DNA of 64,000 bases from an uncultured Candidatus Saccharibacteria bacterium (lineage in GTDB: Bacteria; Patescibacteriota; Andersenbacteria; UBA10190), in assembly GCA_964443125.1 (NCBI GenBank), contig CAYUBL010000001.1, positions 16,094 to 80,093 of the forward strand, in the 5' to 3' direction. The stretch's first letter is position 1. Each line of letters begins with the position of its first letter. Made by a program: the position numbers and the translations under genes. Positions 37,248-47,048 of the stretch are shown here, one piece after another. The notes below the pieces were generated by a model. The model saw nothing but the letters and a program-made list of their open reading frames with translations, was not told the DNA's origin and made no database searches.

Positions 37248-37275
37248 TTGACCTGCCCCGCGAGGGCGCTACACT
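37248..37275 (+). promoter_or_regulatory. Sigma-70-type promoter for greA (-35 TTGACC, 16-nt spacer, -10 TACACT)
   Basis: TTGACC at 37248-37253 and TACACT at 37270-37275, 35 nt upstream of the MKEQ start. Confidence 0.5.
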
Positions 37276-37309
37276 AATCCAACTTCTTAATTTTAATATC
37301 TCACGAAGC

Positions 37310-37765
37310 ATGAAAGAACAATACCTTACCAAGCAAGGAATGAATGAATTGCAAGAGCGCTTGCACCAGCTCAAGACCGTCCGGAGACGAGAAATAGCAG
37401 ATGCCATCCAAGCTGCCAAAGAGCAGGGGGATTTGTCTGAAAATGCAGAATACTCCAGCGCAAAAGAAGAACAAAGCCGTATCGAACAAGAGATTTCAGA
37501 ATTGGAAATGACGCTAAAAAACGCGCATGTTGTCGCAAAGCGAAAAACCGACCAAGTAAGCATTGGAAGCATGGTGCTTGTGGAATGCAACGGACAGGAG
37601 AGGGAGTACCACGTCGTGGGGTCCAATGAGGCCAATCCGCTGGAAGGCAAAATCAGCAATGAATCCCCGATGGGGGAAGCGCTTTTAGGAGCAAAAGTAG
37701 GCGATTTGGTCCATATTCCCGTCCCGAGCGGCACGAAGGAGTGCACGATCAAAAAAATTAGCTAA
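37310..37765 (+). CDS. greA: Transcription elongation factor GreA
   Basis: N-terminal coiled-coil (LTKQGMNELQERLHQLK...), acidic tip DLSENAEY, and C-terminal FKBP-like domain. Start chosen downstream of the promoter (the track ORF starts at 37241). Confidence 0.85.
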   Translation: MKEQYLTKQGMNELQERLHQLKTVRRREIADAIQAAKEQGDLSENAEYSSAKEEQSRIEQEISELEMTLKNAHVVAKRKTDQVSIGSMVLVECNGQEREYHVVGSNEANPLEGKISNESPMGEALLGAKVGDLVHIPVPSGTKECTIKKIS

Positions 37766-37794
37766 TCCCCCCATTTTCGGCTACACTTCACCGC

Positions 37795-39264
37795 ATGGCC
37801 GAAGAGCGATTAGAAGAAATACGAGCGCAACGCCTCAGCAAACGCGAGGAGCTGCTCAAGAAGGGAAATCTGCCATACCCATCGGAAGTACGGCGCACTT
37901 CTTCCGTGCACGAGGTAACAGACACGTTCGACGACCGCGTACGAGATGCGTCTGCCGTCGTCTTGCTGGGGCGAATCATTGCCATGCGGCATCATGGGGC
38001 AATCGCCTTTGCAGACCTGGCCGACGCGAGCGGAAAGATACAACTTCAATTTACCCAGAAAAACCTACAAGAACGCTTTGAAGAGCTCTCGCTCTTTGAT
38101 ACCGGAGACTTCTTAGAAGCAACCGGCATACCGGGATACAGCAAGCGAGGAGAGAAAACGATCGTTGTCACGGCGTTTTCCATGGCAAGCAAGGCGATCC
38201 GTCCCATTCCCAGCACGTGGTTCGGAATCAAGGATATCGAAATGCGATCGCGAGAACGGGAACTGGACTTGCTTGCAAACCCCGACACGAGAACAGCATT
38301 TGCAAAGCGGAGCGCGCTCATAAAATTCTTGCGAACATATCTGGACGAACAAGGGTTCATCGAAGTGGAGACTCCCATCCTCCAGCCCATTCCGGGCGGC
38401 ACGCTTGCCGAACCGTTTTCCACCCACCACAACGCACTCGATGCAGACTTGTTTTTGCGCATTGCGCCTGAGCTGTACTTGAAGCGCCTGCTCATCGGAG
38501 GATTCGAAAAGGTTTTCGAAATCGGAAAGAATTTCCGCAATGAAGGAGTAGACAAGTCTCATAATCCGGAATTCACGATGCTCGAATTCTATCTTGCGTA
38601 TGCGGATTACGAGGACCTCATGGATATCGCCGAAGATATGATTTCCAAGGCAGCACAGGCGGTTGTCGGCTCGTCCGAAGTACCTTGGAATGATGCCACG
38701 ATCTCATTCCACGCCCCGTTTACCAGACTCTCATTTGTCGACAGCATCCGCGAGCATACCGGCATCGATATTCTGGAAGAAAAAAATCCGGACGCATACC
38801 TTGCGGCATTTATCGACCACAAAATCACTCCTCCGGAAACGCAGACATATGCCAAATTAGTAGACGAACTCTACAAAGAAATCGTCCGGCCGACCATCAT
38901 CGCGCCCGCTATCCTGTACGACTACCCCGCAGAACTGGTACCGCTTGCAAAACGAAGCTTGCAGGATGATCGACTGGTGGAAATGTTCCAGCTCGTCATT
39001 GCCGGCATGGAAATCGTCAAAGCATACACGGAACTCAACGATCCCGTCGAACAGCGGCAGCGCTTCGAAGAACAGCAGGCGTCCCGCGACAAGGGCGATC
39101 GCGAAGCGCATGCAATCGACGAAGCATATCTGAAGGCGATGGAGTACGGCATGCCGCCGGCTGCCGGATTCGGGCTTGGAGTAGACCGTCTGACCATGCT
39201 GCTTACCAATACGAGCCATCTGCGAGACACCATTTTATTCCCGCTCTTGCGCAAAGAAGAATAA
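37795..39264 (+). CDS. lysS: Lysine--tRNA ligase (class II)
   Basis: OB anticodon-binding N-domain and class II motifs (FIEVETPILQP, KNFRNEGVDKSHNPEFTMLEFY, GFGLGVDRLTMLL). Confidence 0.9.
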   Translation: MAEERLEEIRAQRLSKREELLKKGNLPYPSEVRRTSSVHEVTDTFDDRVRDASAVVLLGRIIAMRHHGAIAFADLADASGKIQLQFTQKNLQERFEELSLFDTGDFLEATGIPGYSKRGEKTIVVTAFSMASKAIRPIPSTWFGIKDIEMRSRERELDLLANPDTRTAFAKRSALIKFLRTYLDEQGFIEVETPILQPIPGGTLAEPFSTHHNALDADLFLRIAPELYLKRLLIGGFEKVFEIGKNFRNEGVDKSHNPEFTMLEFYLAYADYEDLMDIAEDMISKAAQAVVGSSEVPWNDATISFHAPFTRLSFVDSIREHTGIDILEEKNPDAYLAAFIDHKITPPETQTYAKLVDELYKEIVRPTIIAPAILYDYPAELVPLAKRSLQDDRLVEMFQLVIAGMEIVKAYTELNDPVEQRQRFEEQQASRDKGDREAHAIDEAYLKAMEYGMPPAAGFGLGVDRLTMLLTNTSHLRDTILFPLLRKEE

Positions 39265-39267
39265 CCT

Positions 39268-40533
39268 ATGATCAATATCGATCTTCTCAGAAATGCCCAG
39301 ACGCGAGAACAGGTCGTAGCTCAACTCGGCATACGAGGCGTCGAACTTGCTCGTATTGAAGAACTCCTCGCGGCAGATACCGCATGGAGAGAAGCAACGC
39401 GCCGCATGGAAGCGCTTCAGGCGCAAAAAAACGAAGCGAGCGAACGCATCGCAAATGCTTCTTCGGAAGAAAAGCAACAGCTGATCGCACGCATGCAAGA
39501 GATAAAAATGCAAGAACAGGATGCGAAACAGGAGCTTGAGCAGGCCGTCGCATCGCGAGATGCCCTGTGGCGCTTTATTCCGAATATTCCGCTTCCGGAT
39601 GTTCAAGCAGGCGGAGAAGAAGACAGTCAGATTATCGCAGAAAGCGCCGTACAGCCTCTTGTGAAAGAAAAAACGCCGAGAAGCTACTTAGATTTGATGG
39701 GGGATAGAATTGATCTTCGTCGCGCGGCAAAAGTATCCGGCGCCCGTTTTGCATACCTTGCGGGAGATCTCGCTCGCCTGGAATTCGGTATCGTTTCATT
39801 TGTCCTCGATTCTCTTGCGTCTCACGGCTTTACGCAGGTCGTGCCGCCGGTCCTCATCCAAGAGCAGGCCATGGCGGGTATGGGATACTTGGACCAGGCA
39901 GGGGATGAAGTGTACAAAACGCAAGACAATCTTTACCTCGTCGGCACCAGCGAACAATCGCTGGGAGCCATGCACATGGATGAAATACTCTCAAATGAAC
40001 GCTTGCCGCTGCGCTACGTGTCGTTTTCTTCCTGCTTCCGCCGAGAAGCCGGCAGCCACGGGAAAGATGTAAAAGGAATCCTGCGCTTGCACCAATTCGA
40101 CAAAGTGGAGATGTTCAGCATCACGACCCCCGCAACATCCGAACAGGAGCACCAATTCCTCTTGGAACGGCAGCGGGACATCATGGATGCACTCCGTCTT
40201 CCATACCGCATCGTGCGCCTTGCGGCAGGAGACCTCGGTGCGCCATCCGCGAAAACATACGACATCGAGACATGGATCCCGAGCGAAGGGGTATACCGCG
40301 AAACCCACTCCACCAGCAACACTACGGATTACCAATCTCGGCGGCTCAATATCAGATACAAAGACGCAAACGGCAATACGGGAAAGGTTCATATGCTCAA
40401 CGGCACGGCAGTTGCGCTCAGCCGGCTGCTGATCGCCTTGATAGAAAACCACCAGCGTCCTGATGGATCCGTCAAACTTCCAGAACCGCTCGTTCCCTAT
40501 CTTCCGTTTGCATCGCTTGCTCCAAACCGGTAA
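39268..40533 (+). CDS. serS: Serine--tRNA ligase
   Basis: N-terminal coiled-coil arm and class II core (SSCFRREAGSHGKDVKGILRLHQFDKVE, NGTAVALSRLLIALIENHQ). Confidence 0.9.
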   Translation: MINIDLLRNAQTREQVVAQLGIRGVELARIEELLAADTAWREATRRMEALQAQKNEASERIANASSEEKQQLIARMQEIKMQEQDAKQELEQAVASRDALWRFIPNIPLPDVQAGGEEDSQIIAESAVQPLVKEKTPRSYLDLMGDRIDLRRAAKVSGARFAYLAGDLARLEFGIVSFVLDSLASHGFTQVVPPVLIQEQAMAGMGYLDQAGDEVYKTQDNLYLVGTSEQSLGAMHMDEILSNERLPLRYVSFSSCFRREAGSHGKDVKGILRLHQFDKVEMFSITTPATSEQEHQFLLERQRDIMDALRLPYRIVRLAAGDLGAPSAKTYDIETWIPSEGVYRETHSTSNTTDYQSRRLNIRYKDANGNTGKVHMLNGTAVALSRLLIALIENHQRPDGSVKLPEPLVPYLPFASLAPNR

Positions 40534-40545
40534 GTCTTTGCCAGC

Positions 40546-41319
40546 ATGAACCGTGCACGTTTCCGGCTCTTCCAGCGCAAGCTTCTTGAGTGGTCGTCGC
40601 TCGTATTTTTGATATTGCTCTTCGTCGGGCCGATCGCCATACTGGGATGGCTGGTATTTTTCACCACCACGTTCTCCGTCGTATCCGTTACCGTTGTGGA
40701 TGCCAAAGAAAATACGGAGGCGGCCGTGCGGGCCATAGCCGAGGAGCACAAGGGCGAGAACATTCTGTTTGCCCCCACGGAACAAATTGAGCAGCGCATC
40801 CTCCGGGACGTGCCGCAAGTGCGCGACGCGCATATCATACGCAAGCTGCCGGGAACTTTAAAAATCATCGTGCAAGAAAAAACCCCCGCACTGCTGTTAA
40901 TCTCGAACGGCTCCTACTATTTCGTCGATCAAGACGGTATCGCATATGCAAATGTATCGCTCGATTTGCTCCCCGGAGTCGTTCTGCCGACCGTCAAAAC
41001 AACCGAAAGCACGGCGAGCGTCACCCTCGGCGCGCGGGCGGTGGATGCGGCATTCGTAGACTTTATTTCGGAAATCCAGCAGTCGCTTCCGGACATTGCG
41101 CACGCCCAGATCGTGGAGATGAGCATCCCGTCGCTTGCCGCGCGCGAAGTCCATTTCTTCCTGGACCGCAATTGGAAAATCATGATGGATACCACTCGCA
41201 GCGCAGCAAGCCAGCTTACGATTCTCTCGCGCCTGCTTGCATCCACCATATCAGAAGAAGAGGCGAAGACCTTGGTCTATATCGACCTGAGAATTCCGAA
41301 TCGGGTGTATTACAAGTGA
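40546..41319 (+). CDS. ftsQ: Cell division protein FtsQ/DivIB-like (POTRA domain)
   Basis: Single N-terminal TM, POTRA-like VVSVTVVD, and a beta domain. 257 aa. Confidence 0.6.
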   Translation: MNRARFRLFQRKLLEWSSLVFLILLFVGPIAILGWLVFFTTTFSVVSVTVVDAKENTEAAVRAIAEEHKGENILFAPTEQIEQRILRDVPQVRDAHIIRKLPGTLKIIVQEKTPALLLISNGSYYFVDQDGIAYANVSLDLLPGVVLPTVKTTESTASVTLGARAVDAAFVDFISEIQQSLPDIAHAQIVEMSIPSLAAREVHFFLDRNWKIMMDTTRSAASQLTILSRLLASTISEEEAKTLVYIDLRIPNRVYYK

Positions 41320-42830
41320 AATTCTCGAACGATAATATCTCCCTGATGGACGAATACTTCAGGGAACACTTCTTTTGAACCCTCTCGCCAGGAGGATGGC
41401 GTTTGCATCGGCTGCTCGGTAAACCCCGTCGTATCTACTACCCATACGGTACCGTCATACGCTGCGATATCGTTGTCTCCCGCAATATCCTCCTGCACCA
41501 TGATCGGGCCTCCGCTAAAATGGGACAATTCGCCGGAAGGGGAATACAACCGCACGGCATCTCCATTGCCGAATGTTTCCGATGCATAGTGCAAAATAGC
41601 AAAATACACGTATGGAGAGCTGACCAAAATGCGATCGCTCGGCGACCGGCGCTCAAAGATATGCCGTACCGCGCCTTGCGCCCCCGCTTTGTGCGGAATA
41701 TCCAGCTCGTTCCAATACCGTGCATAGCTTGCACATAGCCCCACAATACACAACACCAGTAGCGCCGTGCGCAGATGTGGCTTCTTGATTGTCGATACGA
41801 TATGCGCAATGAGCGCAAATACGAATATCCCGGCAAAGGCAAAAAACCGATCGTTGTACAAGCTTCTTCCTGTCAGAGAAACGGCAACGGCAACCGTCAT
41901 GGGAACCGCCGTTAGCAAGACGGTCAGCCACGCAGCATCCATTTTTTTGTACCTTGTAATTGTGTACCCCCACAGCGCCATCGTTCCTATAATCGGCAAC
42001 AGCGAAATCACGAGAATCCAGCCGCGATGCGGGGGGATGGCGGGCGTCGGAGCGAAAAATTGATAGAACGTATCCGGCACGGACGTAATGGCGAGCGGCG
42101 GAACCCAATAGGATTCCTGCACCTGATTTCGCTGGCGCAAAAAGGTGGGGATCCACGGTGAAAACAGCCCCGCGGAGAGCGTTGCCGCAAGAAGAGCCCC
42201 CCAGAATACGCGGGATTGAACGATTTCTCCGATGCGCCATTTTGTTGCGGAAATCAAGGATCCCGCAACGAAGAGCGCTTGCGCAATCACCGTAAAGAAT
42301 CCGAAGTAATGCGTATATATGAGCGCCGTTGCATACAGCGCATACAGCGCCGCATAGGAAATGGATTTTTCTCGCACCGCCTTGAGCAGCACATGAGAGG
42401 AGAGAAACGCAAAGATCATTCCGAACGGATACATTCTTGCTTCCCATGCATAGGATGCAACCCATGGAGAAAGCGCAAGAAACGCCGCGGCATACACCCC
42501 GGCGCGCCGAGACCGGAATGCGTATGCGGTATACACGTACCCTGCCGCAATCGACACCGCAGCGCACAGCACCGAAAACGATCGGAGCGCCAGCGTCGAC
42601 GATCCGAACACATACGCCCAGCCTTTCAGGAGAATATAGTAGAGCGGCGGATGAACATCGGCAGCCGCGCGCGCAATCATTTCAGAAAACGGAAAAGAAA
42701 CAAGCCTCCAAGAAAATGCTTCGTCGAACCACAGGCTCCGATCGGTAATATGGTACGAACGGATGGCGGCCCCAAGGACGCACATGGCCAAAACAATCCA
42801 AAATACTCGGGTACGTGACATACTATTCAC
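41310..42830 (-). CDS. GT-C fold membrane glycosyltransferase (ArnT/PMT-like, GT83/GT39)
   Basis: 506 aa polytopic. SLWFDEAFSWRL DE-motif loop after TM1. Convergent with ftsQ and overlaps it by 10 nt. Confidence 0.6.
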   Translation of the reverse strand: MNSMSRTRVFWIVLAMCVLGAAIRSYHITDRSLWFDEAFSWRLVSFPFSEMIARAAADVHPPLYYILLKGWAYVFGSSTLALRSFSVLCAAVSIAAGYVYTAYAFRSRRAGVYAAAFLALSPWVASYAWEARMYPFGMIFAFLSSHVLLKAVREKSISYAALYALYATALIYTHYFGFFTVIAQALFVAGSLISATKWRIGEIVQSRVFWGALLAATLSAGLFSPWIPTFLRQRNQVQESYWVPPLAITSVPDTFYQFFAPTPAIPPHRGWILVISLLPIIGTMALWGYTITRYKKMDAAWLTVLLTAVPMTVAVAVSLTGRSLYNDRFFAFAGIFVFALIAHIVSTIKKPHLRTALLVLCIVGLCASYARYWNELDIPHKAGAQGAVRHIFERRSPSDRILVSSPYVYFAILHYASETFGNGDAVRLYSPSGELSHFSGGPIMVQEDIAGDNDIAAYDGTVWVVDTTGFTEQPMQTPSSWREGSKEVFPEVFVHQGDIIVREFHL

Positions 42831-42884
42831 AGTAGTATATCATAAGAAGTAGCCAAACGAACCAACACAAACACGTTATGCCAT

Positions 42885-43415
42885 ATGACTCTTGATCCCA
42901 AAACCATCGCTCTCATTACGACTCGTCTGGATGATGCGGAGCGGAGCATTCAATTCGTCCGACAAACTCTCGAAGAAGCCGCGAGCAAAGAGGCTCCTGC
43001 AAGCTCCTCCTCTCCTGCTGAAGCGCATGCGCCGCTTCCGGAAGGAGAACGAATTATCGAAGGCGTATTCGACGGTCAGAACATGCAGGGCAACGATGGC
43101 GAGGAATATCCTGTCCCGCCCAACTACGCATCCAAATCCAAGCTCGTGGAAGGGGACGTGCTTAAGCTGACAATCGGAACCGACGGAAGCCTTACCTACA
43201 AACAGATCCATCCGATCGACCGCAAGCGGGTCGTAGGAACGCTCACGGTCGACGAGAGCGGCAATTTCGGCGTACAGGTAGGGGATACAACGTATAAAAT
43301 TCTGCTTGCCAGCGTTACGTTTTACAAAGCGCAAGAAGGAGACGAGGTAACCATTCTGATCCCCGAACACGGAGAAGGGCAATGGGGCGCCGTCGAACAC
43401 GTCATTCATCATTAA
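42885..43415 (+). CDS. Hypothetical protein
   Basis: 176-aa soluble ORF, acidic, with a His-rich C-terminal end. No family recognised. Divergent from the GT-C gene. Confidence 0.45.
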   Translation: MTLDPKTIALITTRLDDAERSIQFVRQTLEEAASKEAPASSSSPAEAHAPLPEGERIIEGVFDGQNMQGNDGEEYPVPPNYASKSKLVEGDVLKLTIGTDGSLTYKQIHPIDRKRVVGTLTVDESGNFGVQVGDTTYKILLASVTFYKAQEGDEVTILIPEHGEGQWGAVEHVIHH

Positions 43416-43433
43416 TTTTCTTTTTCATTCTCC

Positions 43434-43919
43434 ATGCTTTCCGCCACGGCAGACCGCCTGCTGCACTTTGTCCCTTCCCGGTACCAGGCAACCGCGAAGC
43501 AGTTCATTAAATTTGGTATTACCGGCACCATCGGCGCAGTCGTCGATTTCGGAACATATGCGCTGCTTACTCGTGCGCTCGGCTGGACGACGCGATACAC
43601 CGTGCTGGGCACGGAGATCATTGCCGCAAACAACGTGAGCGTATTTCTCGCCATTTGCAGTAATTTCATCATCAACCGCACGTGGACTTTCCATGACGTC
43701 CACGGAAATGCGGCAAAACAAGGGGCAGGATACCTCGTTCTAAACGTGTTCACCTGGGCGCTCAATCAGGTGTTGGTCGCGCTCTTTTCCGACTGGGGGC
43801 TGTTCATGGCGCTCTTCGGCGAAAGCCGCGACTTCGTCGCCAAAGCCCTTGCGATTGTTCTCATATTGTTCGTAAACTTCTTCGGGAGCAAATTCTTCAT
43901 TTTCCGAAAAGGAGCATAG
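43434..43919 (+). CDS. GtrA-family membrane protein (polyisoprenol-sugar translocation)
   Basis: 161 aa, 4 TM, KFGITGTIGAVVDFGTY and IINRTWTFH motifs typical of GtrA. Confidence 0.7.
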   Translation: MLSATADRLLHFVPSRYQATAKQFIKFGITGTIGAVVDFGTYALLTRALGWTTRYTVLGTEIIAANNVSVFLAICSNFIINRTWTFHDVHGNAAKQGAGYLVLNVFTWALNQVLVALFSDWGLFMALFGESRDFVAKALAIVLILFVNFFGSKFFIFRKGA

Positions 43920-43979
43920 AAACACCCCCACTCCATCTCTGGCATCGACGGCCGCTTTGGGCTATTCTGGAAGGTACCC

Positions 43980-45548
43980 ATGCCTGCGCTTTACCGACAA
44001 TACCGCCCTGCAACATTCGCCGAAATTACCGGCCAGGGCCACATTACCGCCATTCTTGAGCAAGAAATCCTGAAGGAGAAAATCGCGCATGCGTATTTAT
44101 TCCAGGGCCCTCGGGGAACAGGCAAAACCACGACTGCCCGCGTGTTCGCCAAGCGCATCAACTGCAGCGCATCAAAAACCGCAGAACCCTGCAATTCATG
44201 CGATGCCTGCACTGCATTCAACGAGAAGCGTTCGCTGGATGTTTTGGAAATAGACGCCGCATCCAATCGCGGCATCGACGATATCCGCTCGCTGCGGGAA
44301 ACCGTCGCCCTCGCTCCGACAAACGGAACATACAAGGTATACATCATCGACGAAGTCCACATGTTGTCCGCTCCTGCGTTCGCCGCGCTGCTCAAAACGT
44401 TAGAAGAGCCGCCTCGCCATGTCGTCTTTATTTTAGCCACTACCGAGCTCCATAAAGTGCCGGCAACCATCGCGAGCCGCTGCCAATTGTTCCGCTTCCG
44501 CCGTGCTACTGCAGAAGAGATGCATGCGCGCCTCACGCACTTACTGCAGCAAGAGAAACGCGACGTGTCTCCCGAAGTTATTTCGTTTATCACGGCTCGC
44601 AGCGAAGGGTGCTACCGAGATGCGGAATCTCTCCTCGGACAAATTCTCTCCCATTCGCAGCAAGACATTTCCCTCCAAGACGTCTCCGACCTGCTCGGAA
44701 TTCCCGCGCCGGAAATGATCGAGCAATTCCTCTCAGCGCTTGTGGCAAGCAATGCGAAAGAAGCCGCAGCGATTGCAACCAAAGCGTACAGCGACGGGTT
44801 CGATCCCGAACAGTTCCTCCAAGAATCCATCCGCGCCGCGCGCGACGGAGCGGTACGAGCGGTAACCGGAGACAATCCTCCTGCATTCGCTTCGGCGCCA
44901 AACGCGCTCAACCGCATTACGGTCATCATGCGCGCCTTCCTTGTTGCACTGCAAGACATTGCGTATGTTCCGGACCCTTTAATCGCGCTCGAGCTTGCAA
45001 TTTTAACATCGTGCATAGGCTCTTCTTCCGCCCAAGCCCCAGTGCAACGCATATCTTCGCCGCAGCCAGCAACGCCGCATGCAACACCTGCCCCCAGCAC
45101 CCGGACTATGCCAGCTCCAAAAACTATCGACGCTGCAGCCAGCAAACCTGCAAGCCCGGCGATGCCCGCGCCTTCCGACGCTTCCGTACAACACCTCAAA
45201 TCGTCATGGGAAGATATCGTCCAAGCCGTGCGGAAAGATAACCCTGTGGCTTCCACGTTCTTGCGCGCCACGCATCCGCTTCGCATTCAGAACGACACCC
45301 TTGTGCTCTCCATGCAATTCCCATTGCACAAAACATTTTTCGAAAAGCCGCCCAACGCGCTCATTGTCCGCCAGGCAATCAAAGATATTACGGGAACAGA
45401 TCTTCGGCTCGCATGCGAACTGGATCGCAATGTACCCGCTCCTGCCGCACCTCGGGTGCAGCAGAGCCAAGGAAGCGCAAACGCCGAACCCGCGCAACAA
45501 GAAGATATCGTCCAAACGGTGCAGGAAATATTCAGCGCACCGGCATAA
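43980..45548 (+). CDS. dnaX: DNA polymerase III subunit gamma/tau
   Basis: AAA+ motifs (YLFQGPRGTGKTT, IIDEVHML, Zn module CNSCDAC, sensor ASRCQ). The C-terminal region is Pro/Ala-rich. Confidence 0.9.
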   Translation: MPALYRQYRPATFAEITGQGHITAILEQEILKEKIAHAYLFQGPRGTGKTTTARVFAKRINCSASKTAEPCNSCDACTAFNEKRSLDVLEIDAASNRGIDDIRSLRETVALAPTNGTYKVYIIDEVHMLSAPAFAALLKTLEEPPRHVVFILATTELHKVPATIASRCQLFRFRRATAEEMHARLTHLLQQEKRDVSPEVISFITARSEGCYRDAESLLGQILSHSQQDISLQDVSDLLGIPAPEMIEQFLSALVASNAKEAAAIATKAYSDGFDPEQFLQESIRAARDGAVRAVTGDNPPAFASAPNALNRITVIMRAFLVALQDIAYVPDPLIALELAILTSCIGSSSAQAPVQRISSPQPATPHATPAPSTRTMPAPKTIDAAASKPASPAMPAPSDASVQHLKSSWEDIVQAVRKDNPVASTFLRATHPLRIQNDTLVLSMQFPLHKTFFEKPPNALIVRQAIKDITGTDLRLACELDRNVPAPAAPRVQQSQGSANAEPAQQEDIVQTVQEIFSAPA

Positions 45549-45582
45549 AGAAAAGACCGCTTGAGAAAATCTCGAAGCGGTC
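45546..45582 (-). terminator. Rho-independent terminator for the minus-strand gene 45593-46156
   Basis: GACCGCTT...AAGCGGTC 8-bp stem. Read on the minus strand it is followed by TTTTCTTT. Also lies 3' of dnaX. Confidence 0.55.
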
Positions 45583-45592
45583 AATGTGCCGA

Positions 45593-46156
45593 TTATCTGT
45601 CGTTCACCCAAACGCGGTTCGGCTTCCACGTTTGCGTGTAGTGCGGATGATACCCCCGCACGCTTAGCTCTCCTTTTAAAAACACGTGCGGAACCCTGGA
45701 AAACCACAGTGGCTTCTCTTGATTCCGCTTTGCCTGAAGCAAATACTTGTACTGCGCCGATGGAATCCCTTCCGGTTCTCGGTACTTTCGCGCATCGAAT
45801 TTCTCTACCTCTGCCTCGGTATATTGCGATGCGTTATTATGCCAGTATGCCAGAGAGTGGCAGGGCAAATCCCGAATCGAAAATTCGTAGTAGGGAATCG
45901 GCGGCACCTCTCTTTCCATGCATACGGCAACCGCCTTGCAAATCAGGTTGGGATGCGCAGGCGTAAGAAAGATTACGTCGCCCCACGAGCAACCCAATGG
46001 AGGAATCTTGCGATCAAGCACTTCCTCCCTCCCGGCATACTTCAGGCGCTTTGCTTCGGCAATTGACGGCAGATGCTCCGCCAACTTGTTGATCGGGTAC
46101 AGCATGAAATTTGCAATCCCCGGCTTGCGATCCAAAAGCATATGGTATACGTTCAT
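45593..46156 (-). CDS. Hypothetical protein (187 aa)
   Basis: Minus-strand ORF with a strong RBS (AGGAGA, 6-nt spacer) at the MNVYHMLL start. Lower-GC segment. Divergent from the 46411 gene. No family recognised. Confidence 0.5.
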   Translation of the reverse strand: MNVYHMLLDRKPGIANFMLYPINKLAEHLPSIAEAKRLKYAGREEVLDRKIPPLGCSWGDVIFLTPAHPNLICKAVAVCMEREVPPIPYYEFSIRDLPCHSLAYWHNNASQYTEAEVEKFDARKYREPEGIPSAQYKYLLQAKRNQEKPLWFSRVPHVFLKGELSVRGYHPHYTQTWKPNRVWVNDR

Positions 46157-46248
46157 TTTTTGTCTCCTGAAAAGAACAGGGAAGACGGCCAACAGCACCG
46201 CAACAATCTGTTTTTCTCATACCATGTACATAAATATATGTCAATGCT

Positions 46249-46273
46249 AATTCCAAGGATCATTCCTGGAATT
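46249..46273. promoter_or_regulatory. 25-bp near-perfect palindrome (AATTCCAAGGA-tcat-TCCTGGAATT) in the divergent promoter region
   Basis: Lies in the AT-rich 46200-46410 intergenic region between two divergent genes. Operator-like. Confidence 0.4.
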
Positions 46274-46367
46274 GCGCCTATTTATCTCATAGGGAAATTT
46301 GTGCATATTGACAAAATAATTATTTTATGCAATAAGAATCACAGAGGAAGTAGATCTCTTGATCTAA

Positions 46368-46390
46368 ATTCCAGAACATTTCCAGAACAT
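46368..46390 (+). repeat. Tandem direct repeat (T)TCCAGAACATT x2 immediately upstream of the RBS of the 46411 gene
   Basis: TTCCAGAACATT then TCCAGAACATT head-to-tail, 8 nt before GAGAGGAG and the ATG. An AGATCtcttGATCT palindrome lies at 46351-46364. Confidence 0.45.
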
Positions 46391-46410
46391 TCTCACGAGA
46401 GGAGTTAGTT

Positions 46411-46773
46411 ATGATGACCGTCCAAGAAGACAGGGTTGAAGTCCTTATAGATTTGATTTTCGGCCCTGGCGCATTTACACCTCTCGCGAGCCGTTCTCCG
46501 ATCGAGCAGGAACTTCTTCGAAACGCCGTACGGCACGCGTGCATGTACCTACCTGAGGTCGAAAGGATCATTCTCGCGCTTCGGTATGGCGTAGGAGACC
46601 AGGATATTCACAGCTTGAAAGAAACCGCATTACTCACGAACATGACAGAGCTGGATGCATACTATATTGAGAGCAAGGCACTCAAGAGGCTTTATAAAAC
46701 ACCTCTCATGAATCTTCTTCGGTCGCAAATCGACGAGTTCCTGTTTCAATGCGGAGCTCTCTGTCGTCGCTAA
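46411..46773 (+). CDS. Small sigma-70 region-4-like HTH protein (120 aa)
   Basis: LPEVERIILALRYGVGDQDIHSLKETALLTNMTELDAYYIESKALKRL resembles a sigma-70/ECF region 4. No region 2 is present. Strong RBS. Confidence 0.5.
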   Translation: MMTVQEDRVEVLIDLIFGPGAFTPLASRSPIEQELLRNAVRHACMYLPEVERIILALRYGVGDQDIHSLKETALLTNMTELDAYYIESKALKRLYKTPLMNLLRSQIDEFLFQCGALCRR

Positions 46774-46792
46774 CGACCTGGCACAACAACGC

Positions 46793-46834
46793 AAAAGCCG
46801 GTGATGTACTTATTACCTCATCGGCTTTTTCTTT
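46793..46834 (+). terminator. Rho-independent terminator (bidirectional)
   Basis: AAAAGCCGGTGATG...CATCGGCTTTTTCTTT. A-run 5' and T-run 3'. Confidence 0.65.
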
Positions 46835-46845
46835 GTTGACCGTTA

Positions 46846-46863
46846 GTTCCCGGGCAGGGATTC
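46846..46863. repeat. 18-bp exact direct repeat of the 3' end of tRNA-Gln (GTTCCCGGGCAGGGATTC), att-like
   Basis: Identical to 47094-47111 (T-loop end, acceptor 3' strand and discriminator of the tRNA). The copies are 248 bp apart. Confidence 0.6.
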
Positions 46864-47048
46864 CTCTCCGGTACATCTCCTGACGGAGATTTCCTTCGAG
46901 CCCGGGCTCGCGGTGTTCGCCTTTTCGTCCGCCAGCTGGCGGACTCAAAACTCACACAACGCTCCGCCCTTCGAATCCCTAAGAAGTGAAGCAGTTCACT
47001 TCTTAGGGTACCCCCAAAGTGTGATGCGAGGGCGCCGGGCGCCAATGC

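Noticed and set aside
43980-45548. Programmed -1 frameshift site in dnaX (gamma/tau)
   Set aside because: No A AAA AAG-type slippery heptamer followed by a hairpin was seen in the expected mid-gene region. A single tau-like product is assumed.
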